In this document: piece after piece, positions 9,150-18,592 of the stretch
How the letters are laid out: the number at the start of each line of letters is the position of its first letter
How positions within the stretch are numbered: position 1 is the stretch's first letter
From: an uncultured Methylomirabilota bacterium
GTDB lineage: Bacteria; Methylomirabilota; Methylomirabilia; Methylomirabilales; 2-02-FULL-66-22
Length of the DNA: 64,000 nt
Reading direction: 5' to 3'
Assembly: GCA_963705305.1 (NCBI GenBank)
Contig: OY970067.1
Coordinates: forward strand, 4,768,001-4,832,000
Program-made: the position numbers and the translations under genes
Notes under the pieces: model-generated
Told to the model about the DNA's origin: nothing
Databases searched by the model: none
Seen by the model: the letters and a program-made list of their open reading frames with translations, nothing else

Positions 9150-10172
9150 GTGGGACGGACGCGCAGATGTCTCCTCATAGCGATGGCTGGTGTTGCGGCC
9201 CTGGCGGGATTGATGGGACCCAGCCATCCGGCGCACGCAGGCGAGGTCAAGGTGCTCCGGTACGGCCACGCCAACGCGGTGACCTATCCCTACCACATCG
9301 CCGGCATTGTCTTCGCCAAAGACCTCGAGGCCCGGACGAAGGGCGCGCTGAAGGTGAACGTGTTCCCCATGGGGCAGCTCGGCGGCGAGCGGGACATGAC
9401 CGAGGGGCTCCAGCTCGGGACCATCGACTTCCAGGCCACGTCGCTGGGCGTCGCCGGGACGTTCATCAAGCCGATCAACATCCTGAACCTTCCCTTCCTG
9501 TTCAAGGGCCCGGATCACTGGATGAAGGTGATGCACGGGCCAATCGGCGCGTGGATCATGCAGGAGGCGGTCCGCGAAGGCGAGAAGGTGGACATCAAGG
9601 TGCTCGGGATCGGCGGGGCGATGTTCCGGGTCCCGATGAATAACGTGCGGCCCATTACGAAGGTCGGTGACTTCAAGGGGCTGAAGATCCGCACCATGGA
9701 GGTGCCCCTCCACAAGGATACCTACAAGGCGATGGGGGCCAGCCCGGTGCCCCTGCCCTTTGGCGAGCTGTACACCGCCCTGCAGACCGGCGTGGTGGAC
9801 GGCAACGAGAATGGGCCGGCGGCGCTGGAGGCCATGAAGTTCTACGAGGTGCAGAAGTACCTGACCTATCTGCCGGTGGTGAGTAATGGCGGCATCTTCC
9901 TGATGAGCCTGAAGACCTGGCAGCGGCTCTCGCCGGAGCAGCAGCAGGCGGTGACGGAGTCGGCCACAGCCTGGGTCAAAAGCATGGATGACGAGGGGTT
10001 GAGGCAGGATACGGAGGCCCTCAAGAAGATGGAGGCCAAGGGCACCCAGATCAACTACATCAAGGACATGACCCCGTTCGTCAACGCCACCAAGCCCATC
10101 TACGACCAGATGCTGAAGGAGTACCCCAAGGAGTACCGCGAGACGGTGGACAAGATCCTGAAGCTGGAGTAG
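9150..10172 (+). CDS. dctP: TRAP transporter substrate-binding protein (DctP family)
   Basis: FPMGQLGGERDM, FKGLKIRTM, ELYTALQTGVVDGNEN. AGGAGG RBS precedes GTG 9150. Confidence 0.93.
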   Translation: MGRTRRCLLIAMAGVAALAGLMGPSHPAHAGEVKVLRYGHANAVTYPYHIAGIVFAKDLEARTKGALKVNVFPMGQLGGERDMTEGLQLGTIDFQATSLGVAGTFIKPINILNLPFLFKGPDHWMKVMHGPIGAWIMQEAVREGEKVDIKVLGIGGAMFRVPMNNVRPITKVGDFKGLKIRTMEVPLHKDTYKAMGASPVPLPFGELYTALQTGVVDGNENGPAALEAMKFYEVQKYLTYLPVVSNGGIFLMSLKTWQRLSPEQQQAVTESATAWVKSMDDEGLRQDTEALKKMEAKGTQINYIKDMTPFVNATKPIYDQMLKEYPKEYRETVDKILKLE

Positions 10173-10180
10173 GCGACCCG

Positions 10181-10678
10181 ATGAAACCGCTGCTCCGGCT
10201 GGCGACCGTCCTCGAGGCGGCGGCCACCGTCCTGGCGGCGGCGGCCCTCGGGGTCTTCACGGTGGTGGTCATTGCCGAGGTCATCGCGCGCTACGGCTTC
10301 GGCGCCCCCATCATCTGGTCCAACGAGGTGGCCACCTACCTCTTCATCTACGCCGTGTTCTTCGGCGGGAGCGTCGCCCTCAGCCGGCACGAGCTGATGG
10401 ACGTCCGCTTCATCAGCGAATGCTGCCCTCGCCGGGTCCAGTGGCTCATGAGGCTCGGCACCCACCTGGTGATCCTGGGATTCAGCACCGTCGGGGTCGT
10501 GTACGCCTGCGTCCTGATCGCGACCAGCGTGCGAACCGGCACCATCAGCCCCGCCCTGGAGATCCCCATGCTCTACGTCTATCTCCCCATCCCCGTCGGG
10601 TTTGCCCTGATGGGCTATTTCAGTCTGGTGAACTTCCTCCACGAGGCGGTGGCCGGGTGGAGGGCGGGCCCGTGCTGA
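10181..10678 (+). CDS. dctQ: TRAP transporter small permease (DctQ)
   Basis: EVIARYGF...WSNEVATYLFI, SPALEIPM, about 4 TM segments. Confidence 0.9.
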   Translation: MKPLLRLATVLEAAATVLAAAALGVFTVVVIAEVIARYGFGAPIIWSNEVATYLFIYAVFFGGSVALSRHELMDVRFISECCPRRVQWLMRLGTHLVILGFSTVGVVYACVLIATSVRTGTISPALEIPMLYVYLPIPVGFALMGYFSLVNFLHEAVAGWRAGPC

Positions 10679-11943
10679 TCGCAGCCCTCTTCACCGCGCT
10701 CCTCGCCATCGGGGTCCCGATTATCTTCGTGCTCGGCGTCTCGGGGATGGTCTACGTGTATCTGGCGGGCCTGCCGCTGGTTCTGGTCCCGCAGCGGCTC
10801 TTCGTCGGCTTGAACTCCTTCCTGATCCTGGCGGTGCCGCTCTTCATCCTGGCCGGCAACATCATGAACGCCAGCGGGATCACGGGACGGATCGTAGGCT
10901 TCTCCAATCTCCTGGTGGGCCGTGTGCGGGGGAGCCTGGCCTACGTCACCATCGTGGCGACGATGTTCTTCGCGGGCATCACGGGGGCCGGCGCCGCCGA
11001 CACCTCCGCCATCGGGGCCATCATGATCCCCTCCATGATAACGCAGGGCTACGAGCCGGAATACGCAGCGGCCATCACCGCGGTAGGGGCCGTCGTCGGA
11101 CCCATCATCCCGCCCAGCATCGCTTTCGTCATCTACGGGGCTATGGCGGACGTCTCCATCGCGGGGCTCTTCCTGGCCGGCTTCATCCCGGGCATCCTGT
11201 GCAGCCTGCTCATGGCCCTGGTGATCTGGCGGCACGCCCGGGCCCGCAACTTCCCGGTGCGAGAGGCCGCGGTCGCCTCCGGGGATTTCTTCGGCACGTC
11301 CGCCAGGGCCCTCCCGGGCCTCCTGATGCCGCTCATCATCCTGGGCGGGATCCTGGGCGGGGTGTTCACGCCGACCGAAGCGGCGGCCGCGGGGGTGCTC
11401 TACGCAGTGCTGGTCGGCTTCTTCATCTACCGGGAACTCACCCTTGCCAAGCTCTGGGCCATCCTGCGGGATACGGCCATCATGGCCGGAGGCGTCATGC
11501 TCATCGTTGCCAACGCCTCGCTCTTCTCCTGGATTCTGGCGGCCGATCGGGTGCCGCAACTGGTGGCGGACCTCATCACAGGCATCTCGCGCGAGACCTG
11601 GGTGATTCTGCTCCTCATCAACCTGGTTCTCCTGTTCGTCGGCTGCATCATGGAGACGCTGGCCGCGATCATCATCCTCACCCCCGTCTTCCTCCCCCTG
11701 ATCAAGGGACTGGGAATCGATCCGCTGCACTTCGGGGTCATCATGACGGTGAACCTCTGCATCGGCCTGGTCACGCCCCCTGTCGGCGTCAACCTCTTCG
11801 TGGCCGGCGGCATCGCCAAGGTCACCCTGGAGAAGATCAGCGCGGCGGCCTGGCCGTTCATCCTGGCGACCCTTGTCGGCTTGGCCATCACCACGTACTG
11901 GCCCAGCCTGATCCTGTGCGTCCCTCGGCTGCTCCTGAAGTAA
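10672..11943 (+). CDS. dctM: TRAP transporter large permease (DctM)
   Basis: LAVPLFILAGNIM, IIPPSI, FTPTEAAA, TPPVGVNLF. The GTG start overlaps the end of dctQ. Confidence 0.93.
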   Translation: MLIAALFTALLAIGVPIIFVLGVSGMVYVYLAGLPLVLVPQRLFVGLNSFLILAVPLFILAGNIMNASGITGRIVGFSNLLVGRVRGSLAYVTIVATMFFAGITGAGAADTSAIGAIMIPSMITQGYEPEYAAAITAVGAVVGPIIPPSIAFVIYGAMADVSIAGLFLAGFIPGILCSLLMALVIWRHARARNFPVREAAVASGDFFGTSARALPGLLMPLIILGGILGGVFTPTEAAAAGVLYAVLVGFFIYRELTLAKLWAILRDTAIMAGGVMLIVANASLFSWILAADRVPQLVADLITGISRETWVILLLINLVLLFVGCIMETLAAIIILTPVFLPLIKGLGIDPLHFGVIMTVNLCIGLVTPPVGVNLFVAGGIAKVTLEKISAAAWPFILATLVGLAITTYWPSLILCVPRLLLK

Positions 11944-12283
11944 TTGCCCACAGCGGGGGTGTTTGACGCAAGGGAGCATGACTGTGCTCTTTAAAGGGGC
12001 GTAGGTTCTAAAGCAACGTGACTGCGGGGGGTCAGGAGAGGCCGCGCATGCCGAAACAGGCACATTGAGGTGCGCCCGGGTTCTGCCCCATGTCATGGGG
12101 CGAGGCGCTTCATCAATCTTCCGACATAGGAACTCACTCCTCACCTCGAAGTCCTCCTAAACTCGCAACCTTTTGTGCCCACTTATCGGAACTTGCGGGC
12201 ATCCCACGACTTAAACTCGCACCACTTTCGCTCTTCTGTTGCGAGTTCGGTCCGCCCGCTTCCGATGTCACCAGATGGACACT

Positions 12284-12308
12284 GCGGGTTCGAATCCCGA
12301 GGGGGACC
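12284..12308 (+). other. Isolated tRNA 3'-half fragment (att-like scar)
   Basis: GCGGGTTCGAATCCCGAGGGGGACC is a T-arm plus a Glu/Asp-like acceptor strand. No D-arm or anticodon arm upstream. Confidence 0.45.
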
Positions 12309-12720
12309 CGAAGGCTTTTGTACAGTTGAGATAGCCGGCGTTCTTCGAATTGCCAAGGCGTGCAAGAGCCGTCCGACTGGCCCTCTCTAGCGGTTAACAG
12401 CCGCTCGCTCTATCTTCCCTTTCCTTTAGAAACAAGAGATTACCGCGCTTGAAAAGGTCGATGGCGGTTTCAGTGGCGGTTCGTTTTTCATCAGAACGAG
12501 GTTACGGTCCTCTGACAACAATCTCAGATGCAGGCCGTGGTAAGGATCAACCGGGAGGGTTCTTTCGAGTATTCGGGAACCACAGCCAGAATTACGGGCA
12601 TCCGATGGGCGCATCGCGAGCCCCACACACGCCCGGCCACGCCCCCGACCGCCAAACGCCGAGAGGACCCGGCTGCGCCCGGAGTAGCACCGGTAAGCAA
12701 CCTGCGGAGCACTGGGGTGC

Positions 12721-13113
12721 TTAAGTGCGACTCGGACTACTCCTGCTTTCTTCCAGAACCTGCATGAGCGCACTCAGCCCGACAAAGAACGTGGGGGCGC
12801 CCCCTGGAATCATCGCCGTCTCGATGGCTTCGAGAATCTCTTGCTGCGTGGCTCCAAGCCGCATGGCTCGGAGAATATGGGCCTTGACCGCGTTCGCATC
12901 CCGGCGATAGGCGAGAATGCCGAGCGCCACCAATTCACGGGTTTTGGCATCGAGCGCCTGCCCATCATTCAAGGCTGCCCGATAGAGATTATTATAGGCC
13001 TCGACAAAATCGGGGTCGGCGCGTGCTGCGAATTCCCACTCGGGGTAGATGTAGCCCCGGTCTCTCTTCATCTTGGCAATGAGGGCCTCTGCCTTTTTCG
13101 CACGTTCGTTCAC
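12721..13113 (-). CDS. Carboxymuconolactone decarboxylase (CMD/AhpD-like) family protein
   Basis: ALDAKTRELVALGILA...HILRAMRLGATQQEILEAI...GGAP. The GTG start overlaps the upstream stop (GTGA). Confidence 0.88.
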   Translation of the reverse strand: MNERAKKAEALIAKMKRDRGYIYPEWEFAARADPDFVEAYNNLYRAALNDGQALDAKTRELVALGILAYRRDANAVKAHILRAMRLGATQQEILEAIETAMIPGGAPTFFVGLSALMQVLEESRSSPSRT

Positions 13114-13910
13114 TGTGATCCTCCGGTCGGCGGCGCAGGCGGGTAACAGACGTGCTTGAATACCTGGGCTTCGTGTCCAGGGAGGATATGGTCTTTCTGG
13201 AAGCCGGCCGCCGCGTCGATCCGGGCCATGCTGTCCCACATGGCAACCAAATCCACGAAGATTCCGGTCGGGACGTAGGGAAGCTTTCGCGCGGGATCGC
13301 CCGCAAAGTTCTCGTAGCAGGAGACGGCATCGCCGGTGATCACGTACGGACCGGCCGTCGTGCTCACGACCAGCGAAATCGATCCGACGGAATGGCCAGG
13401 GGTGGGGATCAGGCGAAGGCCGGGAAAAATCTCCTGCTCGACCATATCGACCAGCCGGGTGCGGGCCATCACCTTCAAGAACATAGGCTCGAGCCCGATC
13501 TGGACCGCCTCATACGCCACATAGTGAATCGGACAGGGGGCGATCGCGTACCGCACCTCCTCCCGGCTCACCAGGAATTCCGCTTTGGTGAACAGTTCGG
13601 GCTTTCCTGAGTGGTCCCAGTGCAGATGGGTCCAGATCACCAGATCAATGTCTTCGGGGCGGGTGCCTTGCGCCGCGAGGGCATTCTCCATGCGTTGGCC
13701 GGTCGCGACCCGCGGATTATTGTACGGATGCCACTGCCGCGCGAAGGCTTCGTCGGGCAGACCACTATCCACCAGCACCTTCCGGGTGCCGTCGGTGACA
13801 TACCAGGCGATGAATTTGGTCTGCACCCGCTGCCCCATACCGCGCCGGAGCAGCGACTCACTGCGATCCATTTCGCAGTCCCCAACGTCGAGGGGGAAAA
13901 TCCGCCACAT
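13110..13910 (-). CDS. Metallo-beta-lactamase-fold hydrolase, N-acyl-homoserine-lactonase family
   Basis: VLVDSG, THLHWDH (HxHxDH), PTPGHS, TGDA, LPGHE. RBS GAGGAGG. Confidence 0.88.
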   Translation of the reverse strand: MWRIFPLDVGDCEMDRSESLLRRGMGQRVQTKFIAWYVTDGTRKVLVDSGLPDEAFARQWHPYNNPRVATGQRMENALAAQGTRPEDIDLVIWTHLHWDHSGKPELFTKAEFLVSREEVRYAIAPCPIHYVAYEAVQIGLEPMFLKVMARTRLVDMVEQEIFPGLRLIPTPGHSVGSISLVVSTTAGPYVITGDAVSCYENFAGDPARKLPYVPTGIFVDLVAMWDSMARIDAAAGFQKDHILPGHEAQVFKHVCYPPAPPTGGSQ

Positions 13911-14089
13911 GGGCGCCGTCCTCCTCTGAGCCGCTGAGCGCATGCCGCAGCTGGCGTCTGCATATCCCCCACCCCGTCTTGTCGAAAGGGGGTCCGCGGA
14001 GGATTTCGGCACCGGATGGGCAGGCGATCTGGCGGACATGTTCCAAGTAGGTCGCGAAAGAATAGGTCCCGGCGGTTCGGCCGGGGAGT

Positions 14090-14470
14090 TCAGGGTTTCG
14101 CTCGCCACTTGCTGATGTCGAAATCCTCCGGGACAGGAATAAACAATCCCGTTCGCGAGCCGGCGATCTCTCGAGTGATATGCCCCTGGCCGGTTGTATC
14201 TTCCGCCAGCATAACCGCGCCCGGGCCAAAGCGCCGCCGGGTGCCATCCCCGCACTCAATTTCCCCCAGGCCGCTGAGCGTCACCACGAACTGTCGTCGA
14301 GGCGCTGGGTGGAAGTCTAAGGCGCCACCGACCGGAGTCTCTCGAAAGATGACGCCGCCGACAGGAATGCGCTCGGACTGAACCCCGTACGATGCCGGTA
14401 AGAGCGGAATGTCAAGGTCCTCGAAGTGGGACCGCTTGTCCGCCCCCGTGTAGATTCTTGTGATTTTCAC
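14090..14470 (-). CDS. Small cupin-like protein
   Basis: TRIYTGADKRSHFED...DFHPAPRRQFVVTLSG...LAEDTTGQGHIT. RBS GGAGG precedes GTG. Confidence 0.8.
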   Translation of the reverse strand: MKITRIYTGADKRSHFEDLDIPLLPASYGVQSERIPVGGVIFRETPVGGALDFHPAPRRQFVVTLSGLGEIECGDGTRRRFGPGAVMLAEDTTGQGHITREIAGSRTGLFIPVPEDFDISKWRAKP

Positions 14471-14605
14471 GTTCCCCTCCAGACAGCCCGTGTGCGCCCA
14501 CGCGGATTTCTGTCCGGTCGAGACCTGCAACCCCGCCGGTCCAAACACCACTGTGGGTGCCGCTCCGTCTCACCCGAGGCGAGGCGGCACCCCACCGGGG
14601 GCCGT

Positions 14606-15967
14606 TCAGATATTGCCGTTGCACTGGCACGCAGCCGCGATGGTCGGCGCGCCCGTGTTAGATGACGCCCGCTCCGTCCACTTGGGCATCGGCCAGATGG
14701 GCGGCGCGTCGGTCGCCACCAGCGATTCGGGGAACATCACCTTCAGCTTCATGTTCTGGTACTGCCCGCCGATCGTCCGGGTCCGTTCATTGTACCCCGT
14801 CTCGTCGAACTTGACGCCTTCCGGCCAGTGGATGAAGCGATCGCCCGTCTTCAGATCCAGCTTGGCCATGGCATCCCGGATGGCGACGCTGTCGTACGAC
14901 TTCGCCTTTTCGAAGGCATGGATGGCGACGCCAATGGCGAAGGCGCGCTCCAGAACGATCTTCTCGCCGCACATCTTCCGCTCGGCCTCGCTCGTGACCT
15001 TTGAGTAGAACGCTTTCAAGAAGGGCACCGCACCCTTGATCCGGTCGCCGATCGCCTCGGTCGAGAAGACGGGCACGCCGAAGGCGAAGTCGGCGTCCTT
15101 GCCTAGGTTCAGGAAGTCCGCCGTGTCGATGCAGGTGCAGGAGAAGGCGTACCCCAGCGGGTTGAAGTTCGTCGCCTTCATGGCCCGGACGATCATGGGC
15201 GATTCGTACGGGGTCGTGGAGCAGAACAGGGCGTCGGCGCCCGCCGCCTTGATCTTCGAGACCGTGTCCGAGAAGTCGGACACCTTGCCCGTGGGATAGA
15301 TCTCGTTGACGACGACCTCGATCCCCTGCGCCTTCAGGTGCTTGTCCCAGGCGTCGCTGGCCATCTCGCCGAAGCTTCCATCCTGGCAGAGCACGGCCGC
15401 CCGGGTCATGGGATGAGCCTTCTTCTTGCCGGTCGCGATGAAGAGATCCGCCACCGCCTTGGCGTTGATCGTCACCTTGGGCATGACGCCGAAGAAGAAC
15501 TTGTTGTTGAGCGTGTACAGCTCGTCGCTGTACTCGGTGGAGACCATCGGCACCTTGTAGCGCTCGATGGCGGGGAAGGCGCTCTTCGCCAGGGCGCTGG
15601 AGCCGGACACCAACAGGACGTGCGGCTTCCGGAGCGAGAGCATCTTCTCGGTTTCCGTCACCATCTTCTTGGGGTCGGACTCGCAATCCGAGTAGAAGAA
15701 CTCGAGCTTCGCCCCGCCCATCGACTTGATCCCGCCTGTCCGGTTCACCTCGTCCACGATGTACTTGAACACGATGACGGCGGGATACGCCCAGCCCGCG
15801 ATCGGCCCCGTGATGCCGCCGACGAAGCCGATCCGAAGCGGCGCGGGTCCAGTCGCCGCGTGGACGCGCGACGCCCGGAAGGGGCCCAAGGCGGACAGGG
15901 CGGGCAGCGCCGCGGCCGCCGCCGCGCCCTGAATGAACCGTCGCCGACTCACCTTTTCTGCCTTCAT
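14606..15967 (-). CDS. Branched-chain amino acid-type ABC substrate-binding protein, Tat-exported
   Basis: VSRRRFIQ Tat motif, VNRTGGIKSMGGAKLE, C-terminal PIWPMPKW. Confidence 0.9.
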   Translation of the reverse strand: MKAEKVSRRRFIQGAAAAAALPALSALGPFRASRVHAATGPAPLRIGFVGGITGPIAGWAYPAVIVFKYIVDEVNRTGGIKSMGGAKLEFFYSDCESDPKKMVTETEKMLSLRKPHVLLVSGSSALAKSAFPAIERYKVPMVSTEYSDELYTLNNKFFFGVMPKVTINAKAVADLFIATGKKKAHPMTRAAVLCQDGSFGEMASDAWDKHLKAQGIEVVVNEIYPTGKVSDFSDTVSKIKAAGADALFCSTTPYESPMIVRAMKATNFNPLGYAFSCTCIDTADFLNLGKDADFAFGVPVFSTEAIGDRIKGAVPFLKAFYSKVTSEAERKMCGEKIVLERAFAIGVAIHAFEKAKSYDSVAIRDAMAKLDLKTGDRFIHWPEGVKFDETGYNERTRTIGGQYQNMKLKVMFPESLVATDAPPIWPMPKWTERASSNTGAPTIAAACQCNGNI

Positions 15968-16094
15968 GCTGGCTCCTCCTTTCGGCTCGGTACGTGACGT
16001 TGGCTACTCCCCTCCCGCGGCTGCCCGCTGGCTCTCACCTCCTTCGCTCCCTGCTCACGCGTCCCTTCTCCACGGCCCCACCGCCGCCCTCGCC

Positions 16095-16803
16095 TCAGAC
16101 GCCCAGGTAGGCCTTTCGGACGCGCTCGTCGTTCAGGAGAATCCTTGCCCGCGCCCTCGAACCCGACGTGGCCGTTCTCCAGGATGTAGCCGTGCTGGGA
16201 GATGGCCAGGGCGCGCAGCGCGTTCTGCTCGACCAGGAGCACGGTGACGCCCTGGGCGTTGATCTCCTTCACCATTCGGAAGACGTCCCGCGCCACGAGG
16301 GGGCTCAACCCCAGGGAGGGCTCGTCCAGCAGCAAGAGCTTCGGGCAGGACATGAAGCCCCGCCCCACCGCCAGCATCTGCTGCTCGCCGCCGCTCAGGG
16401 AGCCGGCCCGCTGGGCCCGGCGGGTCTTCAGGACCGGGAACAGGCCGAAGACGAACTCCAGGGAGGCGGCCTTCTTCCCGCGGGTCGCAGCACTGATGGC
16501 GGCGCCCATCTCCAGATTCTCGAAGACCGTGAGGTTTGGAAACAGCTCCCGCCCCTCCGGCACGTGAACCAGTCCCCGCGCCGCGATCTCGTGGGGCGCG
16601 AGGTGCTCGATACGCTCGCCACAGAACTCCACGCTCCCTGCTCTCGCCCGGTTGTATCCGGAGATCGTCAACAGCGTGGTAGACTTCCCCGCCCCGTTCG
16701 AGCCGATGATGCTGGTGATCTCCCCCGCCGGCACCGCAAACCGGAGGTTGTGCAGGATCGGCACGTTGCCGTAGGCGAAGCTCAGGCCCTCCACCTTCAG
16801 CAT
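16095..16803 (-). pseudogene. livF: LivF-like ABC ATPase with a 1-nt insertion near its 3' end
   Basis: GSNGAGKST, LSGGEQQM, LLLDEPSLGL. The conserved end LLNDERVRKAYLGV* lies out of frame after GKD (extra base at 16140/16141). Confidence 0.8.
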
Positions 16804-17526
16804 TTATCCTTTATCCTCCTCGCCGAGATAGATCCGGATGACCTCGGGATTCGCCAGGACGTCCCGCGTCTCCCCCTCCACGATCTTCTGCCCGGAGTTC
16901 ATCACCACGACGTGCTCGCAGAGGTTCACCACCGCGCGCATGACGTGCTCGACGACCAGCAGGGTCGTGCCCGCCGTGTGCACCTTCTTCAGGAGCTGGA
17001 TCAGGTGGCCCTGCTCCACGGCGTTCATCCCACCCATCGGTTCGTCCAGCAGGAGGAGCTTGGGCTTCGTCGCCAGGGCCTTGGCCACCTCCAGGTGCTT
17101 CAGTTCGTGGACGCGGAGGGAGCCGGCCAGCGCATCCCGCTTCCCGCTCATCCCCAGGAACTCGACGATCTCCTCGGCCTCGCTCCGCGCCGTGCTCACG
17201 GACTGCGTCCGGCTCAGTGCGCCGACCAGGACGTTGTCCACCACCGACATCTCCGGGAACATTTTGGGAATCTGGAAGGTCCGGGCCAGCCCCTTGGCGC
17301 AGCGCTCGTGGCTGCCCAGCCTGGTCACCGGCTCGCCGGCGAAGAGGACCTCGCCCTCATCCGGCCGGTAGAAGCCGGAGGCGATGTTGAAGAGGGTGGT
17401 TTTGCCCGCGCCATTGGGTCCGATAAGCCCGTAAATCTTCCCTTCCTCGATCAGGATACTCATCCCGTCGACCGCGACCAAGCCGCCAAACGTCTTCCGG
17501 ACATTGCGTAGCTCGAGGAGCGCCAT
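16804..17526 (-). CDS. livG: LivG-like ABC ATPase
   Basis: FGGLVAV, GPNGAGKTT, ARTFQ, LLLDEP, VIRIYLG. Confidence 0.9.
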   Translation of the reverse strand: MALLELRNVRKTFGGLVAVDGMSILIEEGKIYGLIGPNGAGKTTLFNIASGFYRPDEGEVLFAGEPVTRLGSHERCAKGLARTFQIPKMFPEMSVVDNVLVGALSRTQSVSTARSEAEEIVEFLGMSGKRDALAGSLRVHELKHLEVAKALATKPKLLLLDEPMGGMNAVEQGHLIQLLKKVHTAGTTLLVVEHVMRAVVNLCEHVVVMNSGQKIVEGETRDVLANPEVIRIYLGEEDKG

Positions 17527-17534
17527 GGTCCTTC

Positions 17535-18560
17535 TCACTCGCCCAGGGTAGGCTGTGCCAGCCGGTCCGGGGCCTGCCACTTCTTCGTCCACCGGCCCGC
17601 CAGCCACGGCCCGATGCCATTCGGGAGGAACTTCGCGACGAGGCAGAGGATGGTGCCCCAGCCCACCAGCACGAGGGCGAAGCTGCTCATGCCACCCAGC
17701 GCCTCCGCGCTGAAGGTCAAGGCCTCCTTGACCGCCGTCAACATGGCGATCCCGATCACCGGCCCGTAGACGGTGCCCCTACCGCCCAAGAGCGTGCCCA
17801 GCATGAGCGTCGTGCTGAACATTATGCCGAAGACGTTGTATGGGCTGGCATACCGCAGGGCCAGCACATACACCCCACCGCCGATGCCTGTCAAGAAGGC
17901 GCTCGAGGTCATGGCCAGGACCTTGACCATGGTGACGTTGATGCCGAGGGCCGAGGAGGCATCCTCGCTCTGGCGGGTCGCCCGCAGGTACCAGCCCAGC
18001 CAGGAGCGCTCGATCTGCCGGGTGATCAGGATCATGGCCACCACCAGTACCAGCGCCATGTAGTAGTAGGGCACCACGCCCATGAACTGGAGCTTGAAGG
18101 GGTCCTCGACCGAGGGGAGTGGGACGCCCATCCCCCGGCCCAGGTAGCGGGATCGCGTGGCGATGGCGCTAAGGATCTCGGCGAAGAGGATCGTGCTGAC
18201 CGCGAAGTAGAATCCTTGGATTCGGAAGCGGCAGATCGTCCAGCTCAGCAGATAGCCGAAGACCGCCGAGATGGCGCCGCCCAGGAGCATGCCCGCCCAG
18301 CCGGGCAGCCCGTAGTAAACCAGGGGAATCGCGGTGGCATAGGCCCCGATCCCGATGAAGGCAGCGTGACCGAAGGAGATCAAGCCCCCGTAGCCGCCCG
18401 AGATGTTCCAGGCTCCGCAGAGATAGGCCGTGATCAGGCCGAACAGCACCACCTGGGTCACGTAGTTGCCCACCAGAAAGGGCACCATCACGAGCAGGAG
18501 CAGCACCGCAAGGGGCGCGACGAGGGCGGAAGCGCTGGCACCGTTCTTGGCTGTTGTCAT
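17535..18560 (-). CDS. livM: LivM-like ABC permease
   Basis: WNISGGYGGLISFGHAAFIGIGAY, LGGRGTVYGP. Confidence 0.9.
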   Translation of the reverse strand: MTTAKNGASASALVAPLAVLLLLVMVPFLVGNYVTQVVLFGLITAYLCGAWNISGGYGGLISFGHAAFIGIGAYATAIPLVYYGLPGWAGMLLGGAISAVFGYLLSWTICRFRIQGFYFAVSTILFAEILSAIATRSRYLGRGMGVPLPSVEDPFKLQFMGVVPYYYMALVLVVAMILITRQIERSWLGWYLRATRQSEDASSALGINVTMVKVLAMTSSAFLTGIGGGVYVLALRYASPYNVFGIMFSTTLMLGTLLGGRGTVYGPVIGIAMLTAVKEALTFSAEALGGMSSFALVLVGWGTILCLVAKFLPNGIGPWLAGRWTKKWQAPDRLAQPTLGE

Positions 18561-18592
18561 GTTCTGCTTTCTGTCCCTGGGTGGGGCGGCCC

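Noticed and set aside
16130..16150. Programmed frameshift or recoding in livF
   Set aside because: No slippery heptamer, homopolymer or in-frame TGA; other lesions nearby favour decay or error.
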